Shown piece after piece: positions 24,636 through 37,442 of a DNA stretch of 64,000 nucleotides. The stretch's first letter is position 1; the number at the start of each line of letters is the position of its first letter. Source of the DNA: Podarcis melisellensis (lineage: Eukaryota); NCBI GenBank assembly GCA_964234715.1, contig OZ174278.1. The stretch is one strand, 5' to 3'. The position numbers were made by a program, and so were the translations under genes. The notes beneath the pieces are model-generated. The model was given only the letters and a program-made list of their open reading frames with translations, was not told the origin of the DNA and made no database searches.

Positions 24636-27162
24636 AACCCCTTCTGAGTTTGGGTGCTGATGGGGGATGTATGTTCATAGTGCAACAAAGATCAGGTGGA
24701 GGCTGAGTTTATTTGAGCCAGGACTTCAATACAAGGCTTCAATATGAGGCTGCAAATGGTTAGTGCCATTTGCAATATGGCAGCGGGTGTGCGTAAAAGG
24801 CCTGAGACATTTATGCAAATTGCAGCAGCTGTGTTTACAGTATCCGCACAATTCTGTAGTGCCCATGCACACTCTCAGAAGCAGACACATGGGATGTTTC
24901 TGGCCCAGGGCATGACTGCAGGAATCCTTTTTACAGAACTGGCCAGTGGCCACAAATCCTAAATGGGTATAGAGTAGGCTGGGAGGCAGACCTATCCTTT
25001 GCAGAATTGCTTCATTTAAAGTCCTTTCCCTGTTATGATGTGTCCTAAATTCTTTTGGGGTCTAATTTCCTACTGAAAGAAATGCAAGAGAGAAGCTAGC
25101 ATCTTGCGTTTGTTGCAGCCACATCTCAAGTGAACGTTAAGGCCTGACAGTCCAACAAAATGACCCACTTCTTGCAGACTCAGACAGAAAGGCTCCGCTT
25201 AGGCCCTAGGAAAGTGTCTCTAATAAGGCAATTCGTTAGTTGTGTCGGCTGGGCCCCTCTCAGCTATCCTTCATTCCTTCTCTCCCTCCCTCAAGCTAGT
25301 CATTAATGCAGCAGGAACAGAGGAAAATGAAGCCGTTGGGTTCAGTATATATTACTGAGCTCTGCGTAGTGTGTATAAGACCATTATTTAGACACCCAAG
25401 TCCCCAGTGTGTTTTGATCACACCAGTCCAGCAGGAAGAACTGTCTAATGGCTTGGTAGCTGCAATACATGTGTGTGCACGCTCTCGCTTCAGGAGTGCC
25501 TTTTACCAGCTTCATCAGTTGCTCCAGCTGCACCCCTTCTTGGAAAATAAGGACACAACTACTGTTTGCTTGCTCTGGTAACTTCTCAGTTTGACTCTTG
25601 TATGTGCCACTGCATATACCCTCCAACAGGTCAAGGAGAAAACAGGGAGACATCTTTTCCAGGATGCACTCCCATGTGACTCACGTTACCTGTGCAACAG
25701 CACGGCCCCCCCAAATGGGATGTCGTGACAGGACAATTATCTTTGAAGGTGCTCTGGCCAAAATGTAATTGTATGATTTCTAGCTAAAACAACTTCAATA
25801 AAATGAGTTTGGGGGCTCAAAACAAAGTGCTATTTTAACTGTTAAAGGCCTATGTTGTCATGGTAGGGGATTCTTTCATATGTAACTCCCTGGGTTCTGA
25901 GATCAAGAAACTAGGACTTCTGGCAGATGCTTCCACCTTGTCAAGAACTGCTGGCCTCTGTCTAATGAGCCTTGCCGTTGCAGCTTCTCAGTAAAGTGTT
26001 ATGGACTGGGGGCCATTTTCCCATGTGGTGAGCAGTGTCACTGAAAAAACTCAGGGAACTTCCTCCTTCTTGAGCAGTAAAGAGAATTAGGGGGATTCCT
26101 GTCTCGGTGGTGCTTTGATTAGACAGCAAAACCTACCTGACCACTTGTATTGTCATTTCTGGCTCCTGGCTTGTTTGACTGGCCTGCCTTCTGGATTTCC
26201 CTTCTGTGCTCTGGGCCCACAGCCCAGCTCTGACACACAGCCTGACCAAAGATTGGTTTTCAACAAAAATAGGGCTGCTTCTCTGTGGTGCTCCTTTTAA
26301 TTCCCTCTGTATAGATACTTACTCGTTTTGCATGCCTGGTCCTTTCCGAAAGGCTTTCTTATTTAGGTAATACTTTGTCACATTTAGTTGTTAATTATCT
26401 TGCAGTATTTAAATGTTTTGTTTGTACTGTGTTATTGTCCTCTTATTGATTTCAGAGCCCGTTTAAAAAGAGGGATATATTTTTTAAATAAAGTAAAAAA
26501 AGAGAGAGGGGGGAATAAACAAGATGGAAGAAAGCTTTCTACCCATTCTAGAGAAGCAGGACATATGTTGTTTAGATAAGCCTTCTCAGTGCTCTCTATA
26601 TGCTTTGGACTACATCTATTAACCCTGACCCCAACCCCACCATGTAAGCTGGGTTGCTAAAACAGCTGGAGGGTAGAAAATGTAGAAGGCTGGGTGAACC
26701 CTACTTTTTCATATCAGGAACTGAGGAGAGGTTGGGTGAAGCCAACTCTTTCTCTCAGAGATCACGTCTACCCTAAGGTCCATCAGGTAAGGTCTGGGGG
26801 ACGGTGTCCTCCTTCTCTTCCTTTGCTCCCGCTGATACTGAAGCACCCTGGCTTTCAGGTCTACAATTCACAGAGCCTGTTTTTGTTCATATCTCCCAGA
26901 ACAAGAATAGAAAACCCTTGCGTGAAGCAGTTCCATTTGATTAAAGGGAAGCAGGACTGTGCTGCTGTGGCCCACCATCACAACCATCTTCCTGGTTCCA
27001 GCTCCCAAGACTCCCTGGAGAGAGCATTTCACAAGCAGTACACCACCACTGAGTAGACCCACCATACCTCAGATGATGAGTCCACCTAGGACAAGTATTC
27101 TGATAAAGATATCAAAAGAATTAGGGCAGGAAGGACTGGTCTCAGACTCATTTAGCTTCAGG

Positions 27163-27350
27163 CATAAAGAAAGGGACTGTAGCTCAGTGGAAGAGCATCC
27201 GCTTTGCATGCAGTTGGCATCTCCAGGTGGGACTGTGTAAGAACCCGCCAGAAACCCTGTGGAGAGCTGCATGTCAATTTAGGCAATACTGAACTACATG
27301 GACCAATGATCTGAGTCAGTATAAGGCAGCTTCCTCTATTCCTATGTCTG
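27163..27350 (+). mobile_element. tRNA-derived squamate SINE
   Basis: tRNA-like head GTAGCTCAGTGGAAGAGCATCCGCTTTGCATGCAG and tail CAGTATAAGGCAGCTTCCT. 13-bp TSD ATTTAGCTTCAGG at 27150-27162 and 27351-27363. Confidence 0.85.
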
Positions 27351-29478
27351 ATTTAGCTTCAGGTGTTACATGCCAAGTTCATGTAAGCAAGTCAAACTGA
27401 TGCTTCCTGCCTTCACTCTGGCTTTGTCTTGATATATTTTGGGCAAAACAAACAAAAATATGGCACCCAGGAGCAAGCAGAAGCACAATTAGTTCATGCC
27501 TGTTTGCATCCTCACCCTCAAGTGCTGTAATTCTTCTCCAGCTTTGTAGCCTAACAACAGCATGATGAGGGGAAGGGCAGAATTTCAGCTATTTTAGAGG
27601 CTGCCCTAGAGATCAACCTAGCATGCACAAACTCACCTTAAAATGTACTATCCAATATTGTCTTTGCTTTAAGCCATACAATTGGCAGCAATGTAAGCTT
27701 TTCTTTTTTCTTTTAAAGTCTTGCTACATTAAAGAGGGGCAGGCAGGTGTGTTAAGAGTTTGCAATGTGTGAGGAGAGGAGGCTTAACCCTTACCTTCCC
27801 AATAGCAATTCCTCCAGTCAAAAATGACCCTCTGTGCTGCAATTAAGCTTTCTAACAACAACAACAACAACTGGATACAATGGTACTGCTTTTTAAGTCA
27901 AATTTCTCTGTGTTTGTGATTTTCATGGTAAGCACAGTTTGCAGGAAGCTGCAACACCCACTCTCCAAATCATCTCTGTGCCACAATTAGACTTGAAAAC
28001 ATGTTTCCATTAGTACCAGTGAAATATATTTACGGTATATATTAAAAGCCTAATTTCTGAGCAGGGTATAAGAACGGAGTGGGGGTGGGGAGCTGTGGGC
28101 TGAATGAGGAAGTCCCACATCCAGCCTGAGGGCCAGATGTTCTCCACCCTGCTTTTAAGTCTCATTACTCCACACTTTATTTCTCATAACCATTTTATTT
28201 GTTTCCTCTTTGCTTTTGGCTGTGACTGGAAATTAATTTATTCACTTTCCAACTCTAACTGAAGTATACACTTAGTGTATAAGCATTTGAGAGACATTTT
28301 CCAAGATTATAAGTCAAATAAAGTTGTGTGGCGCAATGCTCCAGGGAAGCATTGAACCAGTGCTCATGAAGGATGGGAAAAAATTTACCTCACATATCAA
28401 CGTGAGCTAAGCTGAGGAAAGTGCAGACTGATAAATCCCTTTTATCGGCTGCACTAGCGTGTGGAGGTGGAGGATTTTTAAAGTCTGGCCATTCTCCTCA
28501 GTGTCAAACCCAAGGGCGACATTTGAAATTCTCTGGTGACAGGGAAAGACAGAGACGGAGAACAGTGGCCATGTGTTATCAACCCAGAGGACATGACTGA
28601 AGTAGAAAAGACAAAAGATCAAAATGCCGGTGGAGCTTCCTAAATAATTCAAAGAGAAACAAATGCCTCACAAAACTGGTCGAAAACAATGCTAGGCAGA
28701 AATGCATGAAATGGAACTCTGAGACTATCACAGCTTACTGCTTCAAACAGCCCCTGGCACTTTCACCACCATCCTTCCACAGTGTGCAATCTCCATCTGG
28801 GTGCTGGTACCCAAAAGCTGTTCCAATATTTCTGTGTTGCCCCTTGCACCCAGGCAGCTGTTCTGCAGGGTTTGGTTTTTTTGCCTCACAAACAGCAGAA
28901 TTCAGCTTGATTTCCCCTATAGATAACAGAATGATGGAGGCCGACAGCTTTGCAGTGCAGTTTTATTACAAACTGTTGAAGTGTGTATGCGTACAATGTT
29001 TTTCCCCTCCATCCAATCTGTCCCCACTGTGTACACCAGTTATAGCTGGCTCATTTTTCCAGCTAAATTTGGTTTTCATAATCCTTTGTTCTTGTTAGCC
29101 CTGAAAAAAAATATATCAGCAGTTCTCTAGAAAGGGATTTGGAGCCTGTACTGCCTGATTAATTAACTACAGAATTGTTAATTAAATTCTAGTTATTGAT
29201 CAAGAAGTAGGAAGGAACCCAGCTTGACTCTTAGGGCCAAGCCATACATAATGCAAGAGATCTGTTCTTGGATCTCCCACTGTTTTGGAATCTCTCTCTC
29301 TCTCTCTTTGTCTTTTGCTTTGAAACAAGGCAGGGGACACAAAATATGACCGAGGCAATGATAGTAGGGTAGAGAGGAGTTCTTAGCCATCACTTGACGC
29401 TTATAGTAGCTCTTTATGAAGCTGAAGCTGATGCACCTTTGCATGTGTGCCCGGCCTGGTGAAACAACAGTTTGGGAG

Positions 29479-29874
29479 TAGGGATGGGTGAATCTGTCAA
29501 TTACAGTGTCTCATTTTCCTACTCTTCCATCAGTTCTCCACATTTCCAAATCATTTGTGATTAAGATAATAATAATAATTCATGAAAATTCAGCAGGATT
29601 TTAGTGTGACTTTCTCCTAATATGCATATATTTGTATGCAACTTTGCCTATGTGAAATTGCCTATGCATATTCTTATGCAATGCACCTTTGAATGCTACT
29701 TTTGTGTACACCTTATCTTAGCATGTGCATTTTTTTGCATACATGGCAGGAGAACTTCATTGCAAAATTCAGTGTGAATTTTGATGTGGTTTGGTTTGGT
29801 TATTCTTTTCGAAAGTGCAGATCAGGTAGGTACACCTATAATTGCAAAGTGAACCAAATATCTCCACATTCCTA
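29479..29874. mobile_element. hAT non-autonomous element (TAGGGATG termini)
   Basis: TAGGGATGGGTGAATCTGTC ... CACATTCCTA with 8-bp TSD TTTGGGAG/TTTGGTAG. Homologous to 60314-60744. Confidence 0.75.
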
Positions 29875-30138
29875 TTTGGTAGTAAAATTTGTATTAGCAA
29901 AATGCCACGAGTAAAAGTTACCTAGCGCCCTAAATAACAGTCTCACTGTTCAAATCAAGTTTAGAACTCTCTGTGCCTGTTAGGAATTATGTGCATTTAC
30001 AAAAGGACAATCACATATCCCATGTTTAGTTTCAGTAACCATGGTAAGTTTAAAACTTTATCTGCTGTATCTTCTTGCAAATTGAACCAGTAATGTTGGA
30101 GTCAAAATATGATGATAAATATGGATCAGACTCAACAG

Positions 30139-30270
30139 CAGGGTTCACCAGAATGATGCATCCTCACAGAGTGTTGCACTACAACTCTCATGACCATTGG
30201 CCATGCCAGCTAAGGCTGATAGAAATTGAAATCCAGCAACATCTGGACGGCACTACATTGGCTCCCCTTG
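30139..30270. mobile_element. Old palindromic hAT (Charlie-type) MITE
   Basis: CAGGGTTCACCA...CTACAACTC...CAACATCTGG...TTGGCTCCCCTTG. Flanked by CTCAACAG and CTCTAGAT. Confidence 0.65.
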
Positions 30271-30277
30271 CTCTAGA

Positions 30278-30415
30278 TAGCTGTTCTCAACCTGTGGGTC
30301 CCCAGATATTGTTGGACTTCAACTCCCATCATCCCTGAGCTTTGGCCTTGCTAGCTAGGGATGATGGGAGTTGTAGTCCAACAACATCTGGGGACCCACA
30401 GATTGAGAACCGCTG
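30278..30415. mobile_element. Palindromic hAT MITE with SPIN-like termini
   Basis: Near-perfect hairpin. Ends TAGCTGTTCTCAACCTGTGGGTC / GACCCACAGATTGAGAACCGCTG match the SPIN terminus CAGCGGTTCTCAACCTGTGGGTC as I recall it. Confidence 0.8.
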
Positions 30416-30423
30416 CGCTAGAG

Positions 30424-30675
30424 CATGGATAGGCAAACTAAGGCCCGGGGACCGGATCCAGACCAATCACCTTCTAAATTCAGCCCGTGGACGGTCTGGG
30501 AATCAACGTGTTTTTACATGAGTAGAATGTGTGCTTTTATTTAAAATGCATCTCTGGGTTATTTGTGGGGCATAGGAATTTGTTCATTATTCCCCCCCCA
30601 AAATATAGTAAGGCTCCCCACAAGGTCTGAGGGACAGTGAACCAACCCCCTGCTGATAAAGTTTGCTGACCCCTG
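30424..30675. mobile_element. hAT MITE with OC1-like end
   Basis: Ends GGTCTGAGGGACAGTGAACC..CCCCCTG...AAAGTTTGCTGACCCCTG. TSD CGCTAGAG/CTCTAGAG. Confidence 0.8.
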
Positions 30676-31162
30676 CTCTAGAGGTAAAACTAAGAAAGTA
30701 GTCAGTTTTTGTGTTTCTTATTTCTTTTGCTATTACCCAGCGTCTCTGTGCCCTGACTTAGAAACTCACCAGGCAGGTCTGATATGTGCCTCCATATTTA
30801 AACATTATATAGGGATATGTCACCTGGGTGGGAAAATGCCTTTACTGAAAAACAAAGGAAGGAGCAGCAGAAGTAGGAATGAAATATATGGCCTGGGTTC
30901 CAAGATCACTGAACACATACACACACACCCTAGTAAATGTGTGGGCTGTGCAACCACACATAGCACCACAGATATCAGGGGTGGCTGTGCATGCACATCT
31001 ACACTGATGAAAGAATGAGTAAGCACACAGTCATCTATTCTGTGTGTGAGTGCCTGGGGCAACATTGCATAGGCTACGCTGACATACCACTGGCCATACA
31101 GCCTGGTAAATCTTCTTTCCCAACTGTGTAGGATCCACTTGGTTTGTCCACACCAGCTAACC

Positions 31163-31287
31163 CAGGGGGGTCACCCAGATATTGTTGTTCTTGAGCTCCT
31201 ATCAGACCCAGCCAGTATTGTGAATAATAGTATTGATGGGAGTTGAAGTCCAGTAATAACTGAAGGACACTATGTTGGCTATCCCTG
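31163..31287. mobile_element. Palindromic hAT MITE
   Basis: CAGGGGGG...CAGATATTGTTG...TGATGGGAGTTGAAGTCCA...GTTGGCTATCCCTG. Confidence 0.6.
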
Positions 31288-32524
31288 AGATAATTTATGG
31301 ACAAGGAAGTCAAATCTGTAGCTTTCACCCAGAATGCAACGTAATCCACGCTCCCCCCCCAGCCCCTATTTACCCTGCAACATGGCTGGACCAGGGCAAT
31401 TACAATGCAATTTGGACATTAAAGCAATGGAGGTCACTCAGACCCTATCCTGCTCCCCAATCTATTTCCTTCCCTGTCGTGTGCAGCCCTCTATTATGCG
31501 ACGGCATGCATTGGAGGAGAGAATGCTTGGTCTCTGCAGGCTTCCCTATTGCACAATCTGATAGGGGGGAAAAATTCTTCCTTTTATCAGCAATGAGGCT
31601 GAGGAAAAAAGGGCAGCAGGAAAATAGCATTTATTTTAACCCTTCTGATAAGAAAAAGAAAACCTCAGCCCATCTGGAAGTTTCTGCTTCTCTTTCTTTC
31701 AGATGCACAGCCAAGAACATCTTAAGGTCAGGCTGTAAATCATGTAAAACATCTTTATCTACTCAAAACTGTTCTGCTCCTTTATTCCTACACACACCAC
31801 ACATGCACACACACACACCAAGGACTTTTTGAGATCATCAAATTCCAACACTCACGGAAGGTGGGGAGGCGGGTATTTTTATAGTCACATCACAACACAT
31901 TCAGATTAGGTGATCTACAAGCAAGAAAGCCAAAGGACCGAAATGTTGCAAGACTGGAAACTGTGCCAAAACTCATGCCTCTGGATCTCTTGCTCTTCTT
32001 GACATGCACATCTCATATTCATTAAAAGGTTGGGGCACAGGCCCCAAAGAAGCACCATGTGTGCTAGTGGCATGTGACCTTCATTTTCTTACTTCTATTG
32101 ATTTGTATCCATCATTGCCTGTAAGCATATTTTGATATTCCATTTTGCTGACTTGCTGTCACCTCTGCCAAAACAGCAGGCAAACGAAGTAAAAACAAGA
32201 ACACAGGTGGTTTGACTCAGATTTGAGGTTCACTGGCTGGTTAAGCTTGATAACAGCCACATTACAGATGGGAGAATTAGACAATAGCTGTCCATGGAAG
32301 TGAGGGTGAGTTTGTGTGTATAATTCAGAGTGCCGAGCTGCCCGATCCAAGCCAATTGTTATTGCAGCTATTCTCCCACCGCTCAGCTGAGGCATAAGAA
32401 CATTGCTATGTTCCTTGTTATAACACCACTAGGCCTCTGTTCAGCAACTCCTTACCATGGGGTTGGTTACATGTCTAACTTTCCTATAATTCACTGATTA
32501 CATGGAGCATGGTCACATGATGTG

Positions 32525-32825
32525 TGGTTTTTTTATATTGTAATTTTATGATGTGAACCGTCCTGAGATCTATGGGTATAGGGCAGTGCAGTGGTACTTC
32601 GGGTTAAGTACTTAATTCGTTCTGGAGGTCTGTACTTAACCTGAAACTGTTCTTAACCTGAAGCACCACTTTAGCTAATGGGGCCTCCTGCTGCCACCGC
32701 GCTGCCAGAGCACAATTTCTGTTCTTATCCTGAAGCATTATTTCTGGGTTAGCGGAGTGTGTAACCTGAAGCGTATGTAACCCGAGATACCACTGTATAC
32801 AAATTTAAAAAATAAAAAATAAAAA
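32525..32825 (+). mobile_element. LINE (L2-type) 3' tail interrupted by a mariner-type MITE
   Basis: TGTGAACCGTCCTGAGATCTATGGGTATAGGGCAG resumes as TATACAAATTTAAAAAATAAAA after the insertion. Confidence 0.6.
32589..32795. mobile_element. Tc1/mariner (Tigger-like) MITE
   Basis: TIRs CAGTGGTACTTCGGGTTA / TAACCCGAGATACCACTG with TG/TA flanks. Same family as 41211 and 47013. Confidence 0.85.
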
Positions 32826-34901
32826 GTATAGAGGGTCTATTCTGCTTTCAGTTCCCCATTCAAAATGCACATGAGTTGTTTTCCCAAGGCTTGTTTAAAG
32901 CAAAGTAGCTGCCCACCCAAAGCCCTTTCCAAGACTCTGTTTCACCTCAAACTACCAAATGTTGAAAAAGAAAGTAGGGAAATGTCTTCACAAGAATCAG
33001 AAAATTAGTTGTGTGGATTTTACTTAAGCTGCAGCCTCTTTGTGTCCAGCCACATATGGAAAGATATTGTAGCAGTGATAATACACAGTGATAGATCTTC
33101 ACATCTGCTGAAGCAGCTTGAGGCCAACAACTTTTTAAAAAGGTTTCATGGTATGACTGTAAAAGTGCCAGAGCTTTGCTTTATACTTTATATCATCATA
33201 TCCTGCTCAGCTGCAACTTTTAGAATGATAGCTTTATAATAATGAAATGATCACAGGATCATTTTGCTCTGTCACTTGACATGTGTTAATGACACATCTG
33301 GATGTGCTCAATTTGGCTTTATGATGCATGTCCGTATTTTGTCAAACCACACACATTCCATTGCAACATCATGCACATATATGGCCACCAAGGCTTATGG
33401 CCACCAATGGATTATGCTAAGCATACTACTCCCATCCCATTCCGCTTCTAAAGCACTCTTAACTGCTGGCAATGTTTCTTTGCTGTGTTGGTTGTGGTGA
33501 ATTCAGTGGTTCAAACTGTTCAAAGGCAAATAGAGAGTATTTCTTAGTTGGACTGACGTGTCCTCAGCATCTTGGAAACCATAAAGGGCTGCAAGTCTTC
33601 ATTTACTGCTTGTATAAAGTCATGCATGGATTGTGACACACAAACTTTGTGTGCATTCCAAGGAGATAAATAAGCCTTCCAAGAACATCTGTGTCACTGA
33701 AGGACAAGACGGCCCAGGACTCTCGTTGAACTGACCTACTTTTACATTCTGTCCTTGGCTCAGATGAGGAGGCAGAAGGACAGGAGGGATGTCAATAGAC
33801 TCTGTCAATAAACCAAAGCAAAAATCCCGGCTGCTCTCATCTAACACAGTTTAATTTTTAATCCTGCAAAGCAGCAACAAGGACATGGGCGGCAGCAATC
33901 CGACAGCAGAGCAAATTGGTCAGGACAGAGTGGATTGATCTATCTGGGAGAAATGAAGACACAGCAGAAACTCTGTTTTATGAGTGGGGATGGCTTTTGG
34001 CCTCTCTTACACTTGGCCAAGAAAGACAGGAGTATAACAGCAGCAAGGACATATTGTGAATCAAGCCAAGCATCCTAGTGCCAGACCCCTACCTACAGAC
34101 CCAGCATATCTTAAGAGATACTTAAGAGATACTGCTCTTGGTTGTTGCTTTTTTCATAGGCTTTCCCCCTTCAATGTCTTCTGCTTCCTTTTTTCCATAG
34201 TACTGGCCAGCCTGATGTCTCTGTCCTCCATATATGCAGATCCAAGGCACATCTTGGTTTCATTTCAAACACTCATATTTAACAGCAGGAATAAAAATAA
34301 CAGAGTGTCCTACCTTACGTTTGCATTTGTGCAAAAGCATTTACCCAGGGTCTATCTTGTACAAAGTGCTGAACAGAGCACAGAAGTAGCTTAAGTGCAA
34401 TCACATGTAGAATTAGGGGAAGGGCTTACAGGTCACTGAGCATGACTCTCAGACACACCTGATAGTCTTCATTTTAGAAATAATAAATCCAGGTAACTTA
34501 TTAAGTGTGCATATAAGCCTGCTGCCACTGTCATCAGTGGCTCTCTTTAATGAGGTTCTCATTAAGTCATTTCAGCTTTGGAACACAGCATCCCACCTCC
34601 ATTGGGATGTAATGATTTGTTCCTTCCTGTAATGCAAAATTAGAAGCTAAAGAAAAAGTTTCCAGGTCTTGGAAAATGGAATGTTGGGAGTCACACACAG
34701 GGCCCTCAAAGGTTAAACAAATCCTGGCTACACTTTCACTCACTTTCATTCACTAAAACACTCACTTATCAAAATAATACCAGGATTTTCCTGCATTTTT
34801 CTGAAAGCTATTTCATTTCACAAGCATAGTGACATGAATTTTTGATTCATAATGATTTAGAACATTCCTTGCCACCTCAGAGGCATAAAGTCTGCAGCTG
34901 A

Positions 34902-35660
34902 TGTAGGGATGACTGAGGAAATGAACACAAGAATTGGTATTGGGTTGAATTAGGCCAAACCTTTATTGCTTACAGGTAAGAGTAGGTTTGGCTAAGTCAT
35001 TGGCCAAATTGTATCTGGCATCAGGATGCCTACATGCTGGCTGATAGGAACCCAGTGGATCAACTGTGTGCTCGGGAGTCACCCAAAAAATGGATTAGGT
35101 GCCACGACCCCGTATGGACCTGCCATTCAGAGGTGTTTTGGCCCGTTGGTCTACGAGTGTAGACTCCCAGACCGAGTCACCTCTCTTGGATTTCTTTAAC
35201 TGGGTACCTGCATGATGAAGGATCCAGCCCAATGCCTTACCCATCAAAGTTGTGACAGTTGCTATGAGGTAGGTAAAAACCTTCACACTGGCCAATTTGC
35301 TTGCAGGAGAAATACAGCAACTGATTAAGCATAGCAAGGTCCTTATATCAACTTGCCCACTTCCCCATTGAGGGGGCACCTAACAGTCTGGGTGAATGGG
35401 AGGTAAATTCTGCATTGGTCCCCAAGGGTGGGCAGGGCACAGCCCCCATGCCCATGCCCCAATAGGCTTGCAGGCAAGGCCCACCCAAACAATGGGTTCA
35501 GCACGGCCAGGGGAGGGCAATGTCAAATGGCCACCCCTCCCCCATCTATCCAGGGCAAGGAGTTTATCCCTGGATCCAGCCACAGTCTCACTGTGTGGCA
35601 AACACTGGACCCCCTCCTGTTGAGACATTAATTGAACAATTGGTTAGGCAATTGTGCCCA
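34902..35660 (-). mobile_element. Unclassified LTR-like or DIRS-like repeat, copy B
   Basis: Antisense homology to 13584-14043. On the minus strand it has TATA-like GATATAAGG, AATAAAGGTTTGGCC and a terminal ...CCCTACA. Confidence 0.6.
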
Positions 35661-35719
35661 CTGTGCCCACTTCAGACTTCCATGCATTTATAGGCCTCTT
35701 TTATAGGTTCCCCAATCCT

Positions 35720-35860
35720 GTTGGCTATGAAGGAGTTCAGAATAGGATATATTCCTTAACTATGCTCTGATTATGGAATTCCCTGTCTCAGAGGACTAGA
35801 ATGTCATCATCCTTTATGACATTTTATGTCAGGTTGAAAACATTCTTCTGACATGCTTTC
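35720..35860 (+). mobile_element. L2 ORF2 C-terminal remnant
   Basis: TTATGGAATTCCCTG (LWNSL)...AGGTTGAAAACATTCTTC (RLKTFF). Confidence 0.55.
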
Positions 35861-36559
35861 TAGAAAGAAAATTATGAGCCAAAATGTGTCAACTAACTTA
35901 GCAATAAGAGGGTGATTGTTTTACCAACAATTGGTGCTATTATGAATGGTCATTGGACTTCTTTTACATGCAGGCATTTAGGTTTGCAATCTCAAGGGGT
36001 GGAGAGTGGACTAAAGATAAACAATGAAAGGGAAATTAGAGGCAGAATCTTAGATTGCCTTCTGAGCTAGTCAAAATCAGTTTTGGAGCGTGTCAGGTGG
36101 CTGAGATGGCTTTGTATACTTCAGATCCAAGCTGTTTCCTGATCCTCCATTGACAGATCCCCAGTAACACCCCCTCCCCCTAATCTTGACCTCACTACTG
36201 TTGCAGAACTGGGCCAGGGTGTTTCCACAGGGGCAGGAAGAAGCTTACTCCCTGACATCACAACCCGCTCTCCAGTGATGTACAGGGGATGTCAATGTTT
36301 CCTATGACCCCTGAGACACCCTCTCATGGGCCATAGGTTTTCTGATCCAGATTTAATTGAATTTTCACAGTCTGTGCATTTGCATTTCATTGTCACTTGA
36401 CTCCTTTCTCCTTAGTTTTTCTTTACAACTGTATATTCCTGTCAACTGAGGAAAACACATGCATCTAATGGAATGGACACTAATCTTTAAGGTCCTCCAA
36501 AACGGCAAGAGTCAGACTAACACCTTTATTCCACCTTACATTAAATCATAGCTGGTACA

Positions 36560-37330
36560 GGTTCATTTTCAACATGGCTATAAACGCAAAGTTAGAATAC
36601 TATAGCTATTGTCCTCCACTGCCCAACTTTTAAATAATGATTCCTGTAGTTCCAGTTATTCTTTTCTTCTTACAACTCCTTAATGAGCACAAAAGACAAC
36701 ATCATAACTTCCTAAGTATACTGCCCTTGACTGAGAGACCCAAATGGTATACACTATTTCTAAAGCATTTGATTCATTAATATACTCAAATGCTGTTCAT
36801 GGTCTTTCCTCCTCTAAACTGACTTCCAGTATTGAACCAGATACTCTATTGACTTGTATTTTCTTATGATCCTTTATACGTATCTGCTGACTGACTGATC
36901 TTTCTCAGCAGCTATGCTCCTCTGCTATATATTTGTAAATTTGGCTTTCCTGTACTATATGCAGCACACTCCATTTGTCTCTGGTGAAAATTTACCCCAC
37001 TTAGCTCCAACTTATCAAGATATTTATGAATTCCAGTCTTCCCCCTTCTGAAATGTCAATATTCTTTCCCAGCCTCCTGGCATTTGAAAAGCTGAGATCC
37101 AAGTAGTTTTTATCCAAATTACAGATGAAAGTCACGAACATTATGAATACAGCGACAATCATTACAGACAAAGTTCAATTTGTTGCCTCATGCAAGTATG
37201 GAAACAAACTACTAACTGGTATTTCTTGCTACGAGGTTACATTAGACATTCAAATTAGCCACCAATTCTTTTGCTTCGATGTTACATGTTCTGTCTCTTA
37301 CCATAAGCTCTCTCATCCACTTAGTGAAGT
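36560..37330 (-). mobile_element. Highly decayed CR1-like LINE fragment
   Basis: Scattered motifs resemble the antisense CR1 RT region. There is no intact reading frame. Confidence 0.35.
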
Positions 37331-37414
37331 TACACAATTTTTTAAATTAAAAATCATGCCTTAATTAAGAACTCTTTTTAGAAAATGTTTGCAGCACTGA
37401 TGTGTTATACTAAT

Positions 37415-37442
37415 TGTGTGTGTGTGTGTGTGTGTGTGTGTG
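37415..37442. repeat. (TG)14 microsatellite
   Basis: Read directly from the sequence. Confidence 0.95.

Noticed and set aside
27171-27230. tRNA-like sequence
   Set aside because: It is the head of a TSD-flanked SINE. The T-arm and acceptor stem are missing.
30131-30683. Repeat-spacer pattern resembling a CRISPR array
   Set aside because: The repeats are 8-bp TSDs, the spacers are 130-250 bp MITEs with TIRs, the DNA is vertebrate and no cas genes are present.
31272-31832. 186-aa ORF (+), the longest in the window
   Set aside because: It starts inside a MITE, runs through homopolymer and (CA) tracts, and has no recognisable motif.
36455-36530. Possible second Penelope/hammerhead relic (CATGCATCTAATGGAATGGAC...TCTTTAAGGT...CAGACTAACAC)
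   Set aside because: The CUGANGA and GAAA boxes are destroyed, so it is too decayed to support a call.
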